DNA of 64,000 bases from contig CAXXGI010000002.1 in assembly GCA_963674695.2 (NCBI GenBank), forward strand, positions 800,001 through 864,000, in the 5' to 3' direction. The position numbers and the translations under genes were made by a program. This DNA comes from a bacterium (GTDB lineage Bacteria > UBA10199 > 2-02-FULL-44-16 > JAAZCA01). Shown piece by piece: positions 20,481-29,965 of this stretch; position 1 is the first letter of the stretch; each line of letters starts with the position of its first letter. Under the pieces are notes generated by a model. The model ran no database searches. It worked only from the letters and a program-made list of their open reading frames with translations, and had not been told where the DNA came from.

Positions 20481-22832
20481 TTACTCGGGCTCTTCGTCGA
20501 TACAGACCATCCTCATAAGCATCTCGCCGGAGGTGTTGTGAGCACCAAATGTTTCCTCGTCGACGCTAACGCCGACCGTACACTCCCATGTGGTGTAGGG
20601 ATCCTGGCCGTAGTCAGCGGATGTGTCTTCCGGATCGTTCAGGCACGTGAGTTCATCGCCGTTCCCGCGCTCCTCATCGTACGGATCGAAGAGTTCAAAC
20701 CACGTTCCCGCACCACATCCGTCCACCCCATCATGGCAATTGAACCGGATGGAGAAGTGATTCATCGTGGAGTCCTCCCAGTCGTAACCGATAAAGGCGT
20801 GATTACTTCTTAATGATGCTCCATCTAGCTCCAATCCTGGCCACGTGATGTCGAGACGACCATCAGAGGCGATGATATCATTGGCGATCTCGAGATCGGG
20901 CAGATCCAGGTCGGATGTCAACTGGCTAGCGTACATCGTTATACTGCAATATTTTCCTTCAATCTGATTGGGAACTTCCATGTTGCAGGTTCCCTGGATG
21001 GGAGTAACGAGTCCATCGATATCCTCAAACTCACCCATGCCCATCCCGTTAAGCAAAGATAATTTCGCGCTGATCGTCGCGCTTCCCTCGAAGGTTGAGA
21101 AAGTTCCTCCGACGTCTGTCGCTACGATATTGTCAGAGACAATTGAAGAGGCATCGAAGAGGTCCTGCATTGTCAATCCTGGGGCCAATTGATTTGTTGA
21201 AACGGGCATGGTGAGGCTCAACGTCGAGTAGTCGTCTGAAAATGTTCCAGTGATCTCGTCGATATCGTCCTCTTCGTCGACTGTACTGGAGATAGTCAGC
21301 GCAGTTCCGTCCTGATCTGCTTCCCATTTCGATATGTATTCCATGCTTGCACTCCCACTCATAAACATGAGAAGTGCGGTCAAATTTCCATCCAAGCCAG
21401 TGAAGTTCCAGTTGATTGCGCAGGTCGTTCCACTCAAATCCGGCGGTCCGTCGTTCTCCGGGATCGGCTCGAACGCGGCGAGCATAGAGTTGGATGTGGT
21501 GCGTTTCACCATGGCATTCGCGATTGCTTGTGCTCCAGCCGCCGCAGACCCGAAGGCGGCCTGTGCCTGTGCCATGGCCTCGCCGACCGTCGGGGTGAAA
21601 TCGATCGAGGTGAAGTTGAGCAGGTCTCCCGCGTTGTAGAGGGCCTCCTGCAGGAGGGTGCCTCCCTCATCTGCGACGACCAGTGCGAGCGTGAGAGGGC
21701 GGAAGCCGGAAAAGAAACGCGAGACCTTGGGGTCTGTGCCTGCCGCCGCGTTTCCCATGCGGATGAGGGTGCGATAGTTATGGACCGAAAATGTCCCCTC
21801 GAGGTTATCGAAGGTTGGCTCTTGGATATCCCGATAGGAGACGGAGTCGGGATTGAGGTCGAGGTTGGCGACCATCTCCACGCCCATCATGTCCTCGACG
21901 CCGCCGAGGAAATAGAGACGTTCGGCATCCTGGTTGAAGTAGGTGACGAGCTGCTCGCTCCCATCGGATTCTTCGATGGCGGACATGATCCAGTAACCGC
22001 TGAGGTCCACTTCGATCGTGGCGTTGAGCAGGCCGTATCCCCGCGAGTTGCCGGAGGCCGTGTGGATCATATGGAGGAAGTCGGATCCGTTCGTGTCGAG
22101 CGCATAGATCTCCTTCGAATCGACGAGCAGGACGGCACGGATGATGTCGGGTGACGTACCGCCCACGTAGAAGAGCTTCGTTTCGATGATGCCGTTGCCG
22201 GGGCGCAGCAGGAGCCAGGCGATGGGGTCGCCGGCCTGGTCCCAAGCCTGGTATTCGATTTCGAAGGCTCCGGTCTGGTATTCGGCCGCCTCAGCGGTAA
22301 AGACGAACGATGTTCCACCGATCTCGACCGATCCGACGACTGCGCCAGAAATTCCGTTTTCATCGATCGTGAAGGCCTCATTTTCGATCATGGCCTGGAT
22401 GTGTGTGAGATAGGGAAGGGCGCCCATCATCTTGCGGTACGTCTCGTAGCGGATGGAGACGCCCGTGTCCGCAACAGCGATAGCAGTCTGCTTATCGCCT
22501 GTGCTGGCGCGGCGCTCCGGATCGTCGAGGAGAAGGACGCCGGCGACGGCGCTCGAGTCCTTGGTGCCCAGTGTCGCCAGGCTCGGAGATGCGCTGGCGG
22601 AGAAGGATGGATCGCTCGAAGCGAGATCGAGCAACGCCGAGAGTTCGGCGGTCGACATAGTCCCGATGCTCGAGAGGACCGACATCTGCGCTGCCACCTC
22701 GCTGCTGCCGCTGGCCGCTTCGATCTGTCCCTCGGTGAGCGAGTCACCGTTCCAGGGGGTGACGCTGGAACTGGAACATCCCGCCAGTGCTATGACGATC
22801 ATCCACAGCATAACGAGCCGTGTGCGTTTCAT
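20481..22832 (-). CDS. Large acidic hypothetical lipoprotein
   Basis: GGGGAGG RBS; lipobox LAGC; 783-aa open frame. Confidence 0.75.
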   Translation of the reverse strand: MKRTRLVMLWMIVIALAGCSSSSVTPWNGDSLTEGQIEAASGSSEVAAQMSVLSSIGTMSTAELSALLDLASSDPSFSASASPSLATLGTKDSSAVAGVLLLDDPERRASTGDKQTAIAVADTGVSIRYETYRKMMGALPYLTHIQAMIENEAFTIDENGISGAVVGSVEIGGTSFVFTAEAAEYQTGAFEIEYQAWDQAGDPIAWLLLRPGNGIIETKLFYVGGTSPDIIRAVLLVDSKEIYALDTNGSDFLHMIHTASGNSRGYGLLNATIEVDLSGYWIMSAIEESDGSEQLVTYFNQDAERLYFLGGVEDMMGVEMVANLDLNPDSVSYRDIQEPTFDNLEGTFSVHNYRTLIRMGNAAAGTDPKVSRFFSGFRPLTLALVVADEGGTLLQEALYNAGDLLNFTSIDFTPTVGEAMAQAQAAFGSAAAGAQAIANAMVKRTTSNSMLAAFEPIPENDGPPDLSGTTCAINWNFTGLDGNLTALLMFMSGSASMEYISKWEADQDGTALTISSTVDEEDDIDEITGTFSDDYSTLSLTMPVSTNQLAPGLTMQDLFDASSIVSDNIVATDVGGTFSTFEGSATISAKLSLLNGMGMGEFEDIDGLVTPIQGTCNMEVPNQIEGKYCSITMYASQLTSDLDLPDLEIANDIIASDGRLDITWPGLELDGASLRSNHAFIGYDWEDSTMNHFSIRFNCHDGVDGCGAGTWFELFDPYDEERGNGDELTCLNDPEDTSADYGQDPYTTWECTVGVSVDEETFGAHNTSGEMLMRMVCIDEEPE

Positions 22833-22885
22833 ATTACCCTCCCCCTCATTTGTACACTGACCCATCGAACGCATCATTTAAGAAT

Positions 22886-22901
22886 AGCAATAGGCGTGCC
22901 G
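22886..22901 (-). promoter_or_regulatory. Sigma54 (-24/-12) promoter
   Basis: CGGCACGCCTATTGCT on minus strand; AT-rich IHF-like tract and CGTCAATGCATTGACG palindrome upstream. Confidence 0.7.
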
Positions 22902-23101
22902 AGGGGAATGAGAGGAATGATATTTATAATTTCAAAGAGTTAGGTGTGTCATCATGAAGATGGTGGGTAAAAGTTTGCCGGGTTTTCGTCACAATCGTCA
23001 ATGCATTGACGATTGGATTGTGGTGGTCAAAAAATACTATAAATACTGGATTTCAATAGGGGTTTCGTGTGGAGGCTGCACGGCTATTGGATCGATTACA
23101 G

Positions 23102-25120
23102 TCAGTTTTTGGCCCTCCGGGGGAGGAGGCGGCGCATGACGATGAGGATCAGAATTGCAAAGGGACTCAACCAAAGGGCCGAGGTCTTTTCAGCATGGCC
23201 TGTGAGCGAGCAGCCGCTTCCGCCCAGGGCTTCGAGTTGTGTGATCGTCGGACTGAAGAGCGCCTTGGTGAGCTTTCCTCCCTCGCGCGTGCACTGGATG
23301 ATGAACGGGGAGGCGTTCACCCCGAGCGATGTCTCGAAATAGGCGATCGTCTGGTCGCTCGTCGCGAGCAGCTCCGCCGTCGTGTCGCCGACCGTCACAC
23401 CGGTGACGTTGGGACACTGGCAGTAGCCCTGCAACAGAAATGAAGCACTGTCCACATAGGAGGTCTCACCGATGTTGGTAACATAGACGTTATCCCCCGC
23501 GCAGGCCCCCACTCCGGAAGGCGTTGTTCCCACGCTGTTCATCGGGTCGGAGAAGGCGGAGGTGTTTCCATCCGCGTCGGTCACCGTCGCCGTGTAATAA
23601 TGTGTCGAGTCGATCGCCGTCCAGCCGCTTCCCGAAAAGAGCCCGTCGGAGGAGATTGCTTCGGCAAGGAATGTTGCGCCGTCTGCGGAGATATCGTCGA
23701 AAATCTCGACGGTGGATCCGTCGGCGGTCTCCACAGAGCCGCCAACCTGTGTTGAGGAGATGGCGATAGGGGCGGTGGCGCTTAAAACCGGTGAAAGGAT
23801 GCCGCCGTTGGCGTCGTGCAGAAGATAGATGCCGGAGACGAGGCTGCCCGTGATGGCGTTGCGACGCAGTTGGTTACGCAAGGCGGCAGCACCGTCGATG
23901 AAGACACCGTAGGTGTCGTTGTTCGTTATCGCGTTGGCGGAAAAATTTCCGTCGTTGTCCATGCCCACGAGCGAATCCACTGCGTTGAAGAGCCCCAGCC
24001 CCGAGAAGGCCATCTCTGAAAGGGTGTTTCCGGTGATGACGGCGTCGGTGGAGCCCGTGAGGCAGAGCCCGCTTCCTGCGAGCTGGGCGTACATGATGCT
24101 GGGATACTGGGTGCCGGTGTCGTAGCCGAGGGTTCCTGCAGCGATTTCGGCCAGAAGATTTGAGCCATCGAAGTTACGTCCACTGCCCTGTCCCACGAAG
24201 GCGAAGGGGACGACGTATTGGACAGAGCTGTCCTCGAAGAACAGCTCGACGGCCGCGGTGATTTCCTCGCGCGTCGTTCCGGGGATGAGGGCGCTGTCCA
24301 CAAACATCGCGATGTTGGTGGTGTAGGCGTCGCGGGTGCCTTTGTAGAGAACGAGGTGATAGGATTCACTGCCGGTTACGAGGCTTTGAGCAACATCCTG
24401 GGACGATGAACCGCTTGCCATCGGCATGATGGTGTGAAGCGCAGTATAGTTGCCGTCGTACATTCCGACGAGTGACCAGGAATCGGGGCAGTAGTCGCCC
24501 TCTCCCCCGTAGGTGTAGCAGGTATAACTGGGAGGGTAGAGGGTGGCGTGAAAGGACAGAAGGGTGTCGTCGCTTCCTGTGAACGTATTATTGCGTATGA
24601 TATGCCCCGATCCGCCGAAGAGCATGACGTGGTAGGCGGCTGCATCGACCGAGGTGTTGTCTTCGATGATGAGGTCGCTGGGGCCATCGGGGCTCCAGCG
24701 TGATCCGCCCTTGGGGGTTTGCCCCTGTGTGTGTGCTCCATAGGAGAAGATGGCGACGATCGTTCGGCTGGCATCGAAGTTGAGTCCCCGAATCTCCGTC
24801 TCCGATGCGCCCGCGTTGAGGTTGAGGAGGCCGGAGAGAAACCAGCTGTCGGAGGAAAGCGTGATGTCGCGGTCAGTCGCGTCGATGATGAGCTTCTTGT
24901 CGATCTCGAGTTCGGTGACGAGCGAGATCGTTTCGCCGTCGAGTGCGGCAGCAAATTCAATCGTGTCGCCGGCGACGGCGTCTTCCACTGCCTCGCGCAG
25001 GCTGCCCGCCGGTGCAGGGTCGGCGTCGGTGGCGACGGTGACGGTGTGGATGGCGGCCTGGACAGTGGTCGAGAACAACAGCGCCAGAACGAAAAAAACG
25101 GCCCTGATAAGACGCATCAT
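23102..25120 (-). CDS. Secreted parallel beta-helix protein with MYXO-CTERM-like anchor
   Basis: Signal peptide; GSLREAV start motif, PbH1-like repeats, GGSGCSL-TM-RR tail. Confidence 0.75.
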   Translation of the reverse strand: MMRLIRAVFFVLALLFSTTVQAAIHTVTVATDADPAPAGSLREAVEDAVAGDTIEFAAALDGETISLVTELEIDKKLIIDATDRDITLSSDSWFLSGLLNLNAGASETEIRGLNFDASRTIVAIFSYGAHTQGQTPKGGSRWSPDGPSDLIIEDNTSVDAAAYHVMLFGGSGHIIRNNTFTGSDDTLLSFHATLYPPSYTCYTYGGEGDYCPDSWSLVGMYDGNYTALHTIMPMASGSSSQDVAQSLVTGSESYHLVLYKGTRDAYTTNIAMFVDSALIPGTTREEITAAVELFFEDSSVQYVVPFAFVGQGSGRNFDGSNLLAEIAAGTLGYDTGTQYPSIMYAQLAGSGLCLTGSTDAVITGNTLSEMAFSGLGLFNAVDSLVGMDNDGNFSANAITNNDTYGVFIDGAAALRNQLRRNAITGSLVSGIYLLHDANGGILSPVLSATAPIAISSTQVGGSVETADGSTVEIFDDISADGATFLAEAISSDGLFSGSGWTAIDSTHYYTATVTDADGNTSAFSDPMNSVGTTPSGVGACAGDNVYVTNIGETSYVDSASFLLQGYCQCPNVTGVTVGDTTAELLATSDQTIAYFETSLGVNASPFIIQCTREGGKLTKALFSPTITQLEALGGSGCSLTGHAEKTSALWLSPFAILILIVMRRLLPRRAKN

Positions 25121-25240
25121 ATTCTCCCCGGGAAGATTGTGGAACAGGTGTCAAATGACATCATCGCCTTCTTGATCGATTGCCGCAAGTATTTTTCACG
25201 GTGCGGAAGCGGAGAATGAACAGGGTGCTTGCCTTATGTA

Positions 25241-25271
25241 GACGGCCGACCACTCATGGTCGGCCGTCTTT
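25241..25271. terminator. Hairpin downstream of the arginine-synthetase-like gene
   Basis: AGACGGCCGACC ... GGTCGGCCGTCT. Confidence 0.6.
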
Positions 25272-25302
25272 GTATTGACGATAAGATTTTGATGATGCGA
25301 CA

Positions 25303-26619
25303 TCACTTCAGGAAATCGCTTAACACCGTATTGAGCGTGGGTTCGCCCATCTCCTCGAGTTCATAGTAGACGCGCATGGCGGGTTTTTTGAGGTCGATGA
25401 CGCGTCGGATATCGATCGGGCTGCCGATGAGGATCAGATCCGCCGGCGTGGCTTCGATGGATTTCTCCAGATCCTCGAGCTGATCATCATAGTAGCCCAG
25501 CGCGGGAATGAGATTTCCGAGGTTCGGATACTTCGTATAGGCATCCTTGATGGAGCCGACAGCAAACGGTTTCGGATCGACGATCTCCTGGGCATCGAAT
25601 TCATCTGCGGCCACCATGCCGGCGCCGTAGCTCATGCCGCCGTGGGTGAGCGTGGGGCCGTCTTCGATGACGAGGACGCGCTTCCCACGAACGGCGGCGG
25701 GGTCATCGACGGTGATCGTCGAGGCACCCTTGATCACCTGTGCATTCGGGTTGAACTGTTTGATGTTGGCCAACACCGTGTTGAGTTGTTCGGCGGAGGC
25801 CTGCTTGTATTTGTTGATGACGAGGACATCGGCCATGAGAAAGTTTGTCTCACCGGGATAGTAGCTGCGCTCATGCCCGGGGCGCAGCGGGTCGAGCACC
25901 GTGATGGCCAGGTTCGGTTTCACAAACGGCGTATCGTTGTTGCCGCCATCCCAGATGATGACGTCGGCCTCCTTCTCCGCCTGCCGCACGATCGCTTCGT
26001 AATCGACGCCGGCATAGACGACCATGCCGTTGTCGATGTAGGGCTCGTATTCCTCGCGCTCTTCGATGGTGCAGTTGTGGCGATCGAGGTCTTCGTAGCT
26101 CGCAAAGCGTTGAACCGCCTGCTCGGCGAGATCCCCGTAGGGCATCGGGTGGCGAATGGCGACGACCTTCTTTCCGTGTTCCTTAAAGATCTTCACGATA
26201 CGGCGCGAGGTCTGGCTCTTGCCGCAGCCGGTGCGGATGGCGCAGACGGAGATCACCGGGACCTTCGCTTCGATCTGCGTCTTGCCCGGTGCCAGCAAAA
26301 GAAAGTTTGCGCCGACGGCAGCGACCCGCGAGCCCATCTGCCCAACGTATTCATGCGAGACATCGCTGTAGGAGAAGACGACCAGGTCGATCTTTTCCTT
26401 GGTGATGATGTCAGTGAGTTCCTCCTCGGGGCAGATCGGAATGCCGTTTGGGTAATCGGGGCCGGCAAGCGCTGCTGGGTAACAGCGTCCTTCGATATTC
26501 GGAATCTGGGTTGCGGTGAAGGTGACGACCTCATAGTCGGGGTTGCCCCGAAAATAGGTGTTGAAGTTGTGGAAGTCGCGTCCAGCCGCTCCCATGATCA
26601 GTACGCGTTTCTTGGTCAT
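25303..26619 (-). CDS. Arginine synthetase (ArcE)-like / cyclic 2,3-DPG synthetase family P-loop ATPase
   Basis: GGGAGG RBS; IMGAAGRDFHNFN, RTGCGKSQTSR, RHPMPYG, EEREEYE, WDGGNND, EDGPTLTHG. Confidence 0.85.
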   Translation of the reverse strand: MTKKRVLIMGAAGRDFHNFNTYFRGNPDYEVVTFTATQIPNIEGRCYPAALAGPDYPNGIPICPEEELTDIITKEKIDLVVFSYSDVSHEYVGQMGSRVAAVGANFLLLAPGKTQIEAKVPVISVCAIRTGCGKSQTSRRIVKIFKEHGKKVVAIRHPMPYGDLAEQAVQRFASYEDLDRHNCTIEEREEYEPYIDNGMVVYAGVDYEAIVRQAEKEADVIIWDGGNNDTPFVKPNLAITVLDPLRPGHERSYYPGETNFLMADVLVINKYKQASAEQLNTVLANIKQFNPNAQVIKGASTITVDDPAAVRGKRVLVIEDGPTLTHGGMSYGAGMVAADEFDAQEIVDPKPFAVGSIKDAYTKYPNLGNLIPALGYYDDQLEDLEKSIEATPADLILIGSPIDIRRVIDLKKPAMRVYYELEEMGEPTLNTVLSDFLK

Positions 26620-26886
26620 CTCAGCCTCCCGAGCCCCGTGGACTCTTCTTGCTGCGTCTGTTGAGGGTTTCAGTCCTGGAGTGGGGAAACGATGTGCCGA
26701 CGCAGTGAGGCTTGCCTTCGTGCATCCCAATCCGGCGTCTTGCCGAGAACCATCTTTAGCAACCGAAGCAGGGAAACTCAAGCCGTGCGTTGTGTGTGCG
26801 GGATCGATATCGCAACCCCCCGAAGAGGCTGGAAAAAGGCAAGTCATTTCAATGTGTTATGTTCTGCTTGTGAAGAAAGAAATGAC

Positions 26887-26914
26887 GCAACTTTTCGGGG
26901 GATCGACCGAAAAC
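26887..26914 (+). promoter_or_regulatory. Putative sigma28-like promoter
   Basis: GCAACTTTT-N10-ACCGAAAA; same spacing as three other copies. Confidence 0.5.
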
Positions 26915-26989
26915 TCTTTTAGTGACGACTTTTATTAGCTACGGAGCGGTCGGAGCTTTGTCGACCCGGCTTTGTGAGGAAGGATGTGT

Positions 26990-28444
26990 ATGGATCCATT
27001 GACGATAGGTGTGATGATTTGTGTCGCCCTTTTTGCTGCGAGTTGCACCGGGAAACCTTCGGAGAAGGTGCCGGTCGATGGCGATGAGGATCTGCCGATC
27101 GGCGGCGATGAAGATCTCGATGATGATGGCGAAGCAGTCGATGAAGTCGCTGATGGTCCGGATCCGGAAGAAGAGGTGGAGTCGGAACGCACGCGCCCCG
27201 ATGGCTTCGTCCGTCTGCCCGATCCTCGCGATCGCGATGCGGTCTGTCGGAATGTGGTGGACATCGATCTGACCGGAGATCGCCTCGCCTTCGTCTGCGG
27301 CTATCCGACCAACCGCGTCGGGACCTACGATGTGCGCACGTTCGAGGAGGGGGAGGGTGATCCCGAGGCGGTTTCGGTGAACTTCGCTGGTGCATTCGCT
27401 GGTCATGTCGATAGTCTCGAAGGTGGCCTCGAGGCCGTGCAGCTCATCGAGTATGGCGCTGACTATCTGATTCCATTCGCTAACAAAACGGAGAATGAAG
27501 AGGAAATTTTCAGCGGCTTTGCAACCGTCACCGGCGATGGCCAGTTGGTGCCGACCGTTTCCATCGATACCGTTTCCTTCGCGAACGATGTCCCGATGGA
27601 GATGGACGTTCATCATATCCGTTCGGCGGTCGTCTATGACAATCGTCTTTGGGTTGCCGCAACCGATCGCGAGACGGATCACGGTATCGTCTATTCCTAC
27701 AGCTTTCTCATGAACGGTGCGATCAATCCGCGCAGCGCGCGCATGCCCATTCCGACGACGGGGATCTTTCCGACGAGCCTGACGATGATCGATGAGGATG
27801 CCGGCCTGGTCGCGGTGCTCAACCTCGCCGGGGAATACCCCCATGGGACCATGGGCCTGAATCCCACGAAGCTCGATCTGCTCGATCTCAATGCGACGGA
27901 CCCGGCTTCGGCGCTGGTGGAATCGGTCGATTTACGCGTGGTGCCCATGATGCCCTCTCCGGAGCTCGCCTTCGATGCCGAACACATGCAGGCGGCGATC
28001 GCGTTCGCCGGGATGGATCCGGGAATTCTCATCGTCGATCTGCACGCGGGACGCCGTGCGATTCACAATGTCATCCACATGAATGATTGTGGGCTGGAAT
28101 CTGAGGTGAAGGCGCTGGCCGTTCGAGACAATAGGGTCTGTGCCGCGCTCGAGGGGGGAAAACTCCTCTGTTTTGACCATGCCGATGTTCCGACACTTAG
28201 GGGGACGTTTCCTGCGCGCCTCATCGATGCGCAGATGCCCGTCGGGGCGATCGCCCTCGGTCGGAACGACTATCTCTACGCGGTTGTCGACGACGCCCAT
28301 ATCGAGGCGATCGATCTCAATGCGGTGGAGGACGAGGCGCTCACCTGCGGAACGGTGATCGTCGAAAAGCCGGAGGTCGATGGCGATGAGGATAACGATG
28401 CCATCGACGTCGATCCGGATTACGAACATATCTCAAAGCTGTGA
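26990..28444 (+). CDS. Hypothetical acidic lipoprotein (probable beta-propeller)
   Basis: Lipobox AASC; repeated short beta-strand blades; acidic termini. Confidence 0.7.
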   Translation: MDPLTIGVMICVALFAASCTGKPSEKVPVDGDEDLPIGGDEDLDDDGEAVDEVADGPDPEEEVESERTRPDGFVRLPDPRDRDAVCRNVVDIDLTGDRLAFVCGYPTNRVGTYDVRTFEEGEGDPEAVSVNFAGAFAGHVDSLEGGLEAVQLIEYGADYLIPFANKTENEEEIFSGFATVTGDGQLVPTVSIDTVSFANDVPMEMDVHHIRSAVVYDNRLWVAATDRETDHGIVYSYSFLMNGAINPRSARMPIPTTGIFPTSLTMIDEDAGLVAVLNLAGEYPHGTMGLNPTKLDLLDLNATDPASALVESVDLRVVPMMPSPELAFDAEHMQAAIAFAGMDPGILIVDLHAGRRAIHNVIHMNDCGLESEVKALAVRDNRVCAALEGGKLLCFDHADVPTLRGTFPARLIDAQMPVGAIALGRNDYLYAVVDDAHIEAIDLNAVEDEALTCGTVIVEKPEVDGDEDNDAIDVDPDYEHISKL

Positions 28445-28466
28445 TGTCTGCAAAATGTGGAATCGG

Positions 28467-28498
28467 AAGGGTCGGCCGTCGCCGGCCCTTTTCTTTTG
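28467..28498 (+). terminator. Intrinsic terminator
   Basis: AAGGGTCGG ... CCGGCCCTTTTCTTTT. Confidence 0.75.
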
Positions 28499-28556
28499 CG
28501 TTGGATGCGGAAAGCCGATTGACGCCGCGGTCGTGGATGCGCTAGCCATGCGGGCC

Positions 28557-29426
28557 ATGAACGCCATCACCATTTCTGCCCCCGCCAAGGTCAACACCGT
28601 CCTGCGCGTCGTTGGGCGCCGGCCGAACGGCTATCACGACCTCGAGATGGTCATGGTGCCGCTGTCCGTCGCCGACGAGATCAGTTTGACTAAACGCGAT
28701 TCGGGGATCGAGCTTGTCTGCGATGGGGGTTCCGACGAGGGAATGCAGGCCGAGCGCAACCTCGCCTGGCGTGCCGCGCGTGCCCTTCAGGAGGCCGCGG
28801 GGATCTCCTCCGGGGTGCGCATCGAGTTGACCAAACGCGTTCCCATCGCCGCGGGGTTGGGCGGCGGCTCGAGCGATGCCGCGGCGGTCCTGCGCGGGCT
28901 CAATGAGTTGTGGGAGCTGGGATGGGAGCCACAGCGGCTGGCCGAAATTGGCGTACATCTGGGGGCGGACGTGCCCTTCTTCTGTTTCGGGCGTTCGGCC
29001 TGGGTCGGGGGGATCGGCGATCGCATCGACCCCCTCGAAAAATTTCCAAACCTCTCGTTATTATTGGTGAATCCGAATATCTCCGTGGCCACCCCCTGGG
29101 TCTATGGCCAGTGGGATGAACTGCAGAACCAACGCAAAAACAAGGGGTTGACTGGTCATGAGGCCGGTGCTAGGGTCCGCCCGCTTTTTCAGGGTGTTTC
29201 GGATGTGATCGAATCCCTGCACAACGATCTCGAAGCCGTCACGATTCCGGCTTATCCGATCATTGCCGATATCAAGCGCGCGCTGCAGGAGAACGGGGCA
29301 GCGGGAACGCTCATGTCCGGGAGTGGCCCGACCGTCTTCGGCCTCTTTCGCGATCGCGACCAGCGCGACCGGGCGGCACAGCGCATCGATGGCGATGCGT
29401 GGCGAGTGATCCCAGCCGACGTGTAA
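28557..29426 (+). CDS. ispE: 4-diphosphocytidyl-2-C-methyl-D-erythritol kinase
   Basis: APAKVN, GYHDL, PIAAGLGGGSSDAA, GADVPFF, LMSGSGPTVFG. Confidence 0.97.
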   Translation: MNAITISAPAKVNTVLRVVGRRPNGYHDLEMVMVPLSVADEISLTKRDSGIELVCDGGSDEGMQAERNLAWRAARALQEAAGISSGVRIELTKRVPIAAGLGGGSSDAAAVLRGLNELWELGWEPQRLAEIGVHLGADVPFFCFGRSAWVGGIGDRIDPLEKFPNLSLLLVNPNISVATPWVYGQWDELQNQRKNKGLTGHEAGARVRPLFQGVSDVIESLHNDLEAVTIPAYPIIADIKRALQENGAAGTLMSGSGPTVFGLFRDRDQRDRAAQRIDGDAWRVIPADV

Positions 29427-29444
29427 GGGAACCTCGGAGGCATA

Positions 29445-29729
29445 ATGGAAATCACCGACGTCTCGGTCTTTCCGGTCGACGAGGAACGGCTCAAGGGGTA
29501 CGCGACGATCACCTTCGATAGGTGTTTTGTCGTGCGTGACGTCAAGATCATCGCGGGCACGAAGGGGTTGTTTGTCGCGATGCCCTCGAAGAAGCGTCGT
29601 GATGGCACTTATCGCGATACCGCGCATCCGCTCAACCAGGAGATGCGCGAGGTGATTGAGGCGCGGGTGCTCGGTGCTTATACGGTGCAAGCGGAGAAGG
29701 GGACGGGCGAGTCCGGTAACGCCGAGTAG
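29445..29729 (+). CDS. spoVG: SpoVG family protein
   Basis: MEITDV, GLFVAMPSKK, YRDTAHP. Confidence 0.95.
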   Translation: MEITDVSVFPVDEERLKGYATITFDRCFVVRDVKIIAGTKGLFVAMPSKKRRDGTYRDTAHPLNQEMREVIEARVLGAYTVQAEKGTGESGNAE

Positions 29730-29796
29730 GGGGAGTGTTTTTCGTCCATCGTCCGAATGAGCGCAGCGAGTGGACATCATGCGTCCTTCGGCAATT

Positions 29797-29868
29797 TGGG
29801 GCGTCGACAAGCGGTAAGTCACCAGCCTTTGGAGCTGGCATCCGGAGGTTCGAATCCTCCCGCCCCAG
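29797..29868 (+). tRNA. tRNA-Gln (TTG)
   Basis: Acceptor TGGGGCG/CGCCCCA, anticodon arm CCAGC-CTTTGGA-GCTGG, GGTTCGAATCC; CCA not encoded. Confidence 0.97.
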
Positions 29869-29873
29869 CACTT

Positions 29874-29959
29874 TCGTGGTCTCGTGAATCGTGGTCTCGG
29901 GGATCGTTCCAAACACGAGACCACGAGTTCACGAGACCACGAGACCACGAGACCACGAG
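29874..29959. repeat. Inverted tracts of an octamer repeat (CACGAGAC)
   Basis: TCGTGGTC tract followed by (GACCACGA)n. Confidence 0.8.
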
Positions 29960-29965
29960 GAACAT

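Noticed and set aside
26620-26847. 76-residue N-terminal extension of the ArcE-like ORF in the ORF track
   Set aside because: Family homology and RBS place the start at 26619.
27070-28400. VDGDED repeated near both ends of the lipoprotein (GGTCGATGGCGATGAGGAT)
   Set aside because: Short in-frame repeat in acidic low-complexity segments; insufficient evidence for an insertion boundary.
29445-29729. spoVG as evidence of sporulation or horizontal transfer
   Set aside because: spoVG between ispE and prs is an ordinary arrangement in non-sporulating delta-proteobacteria.
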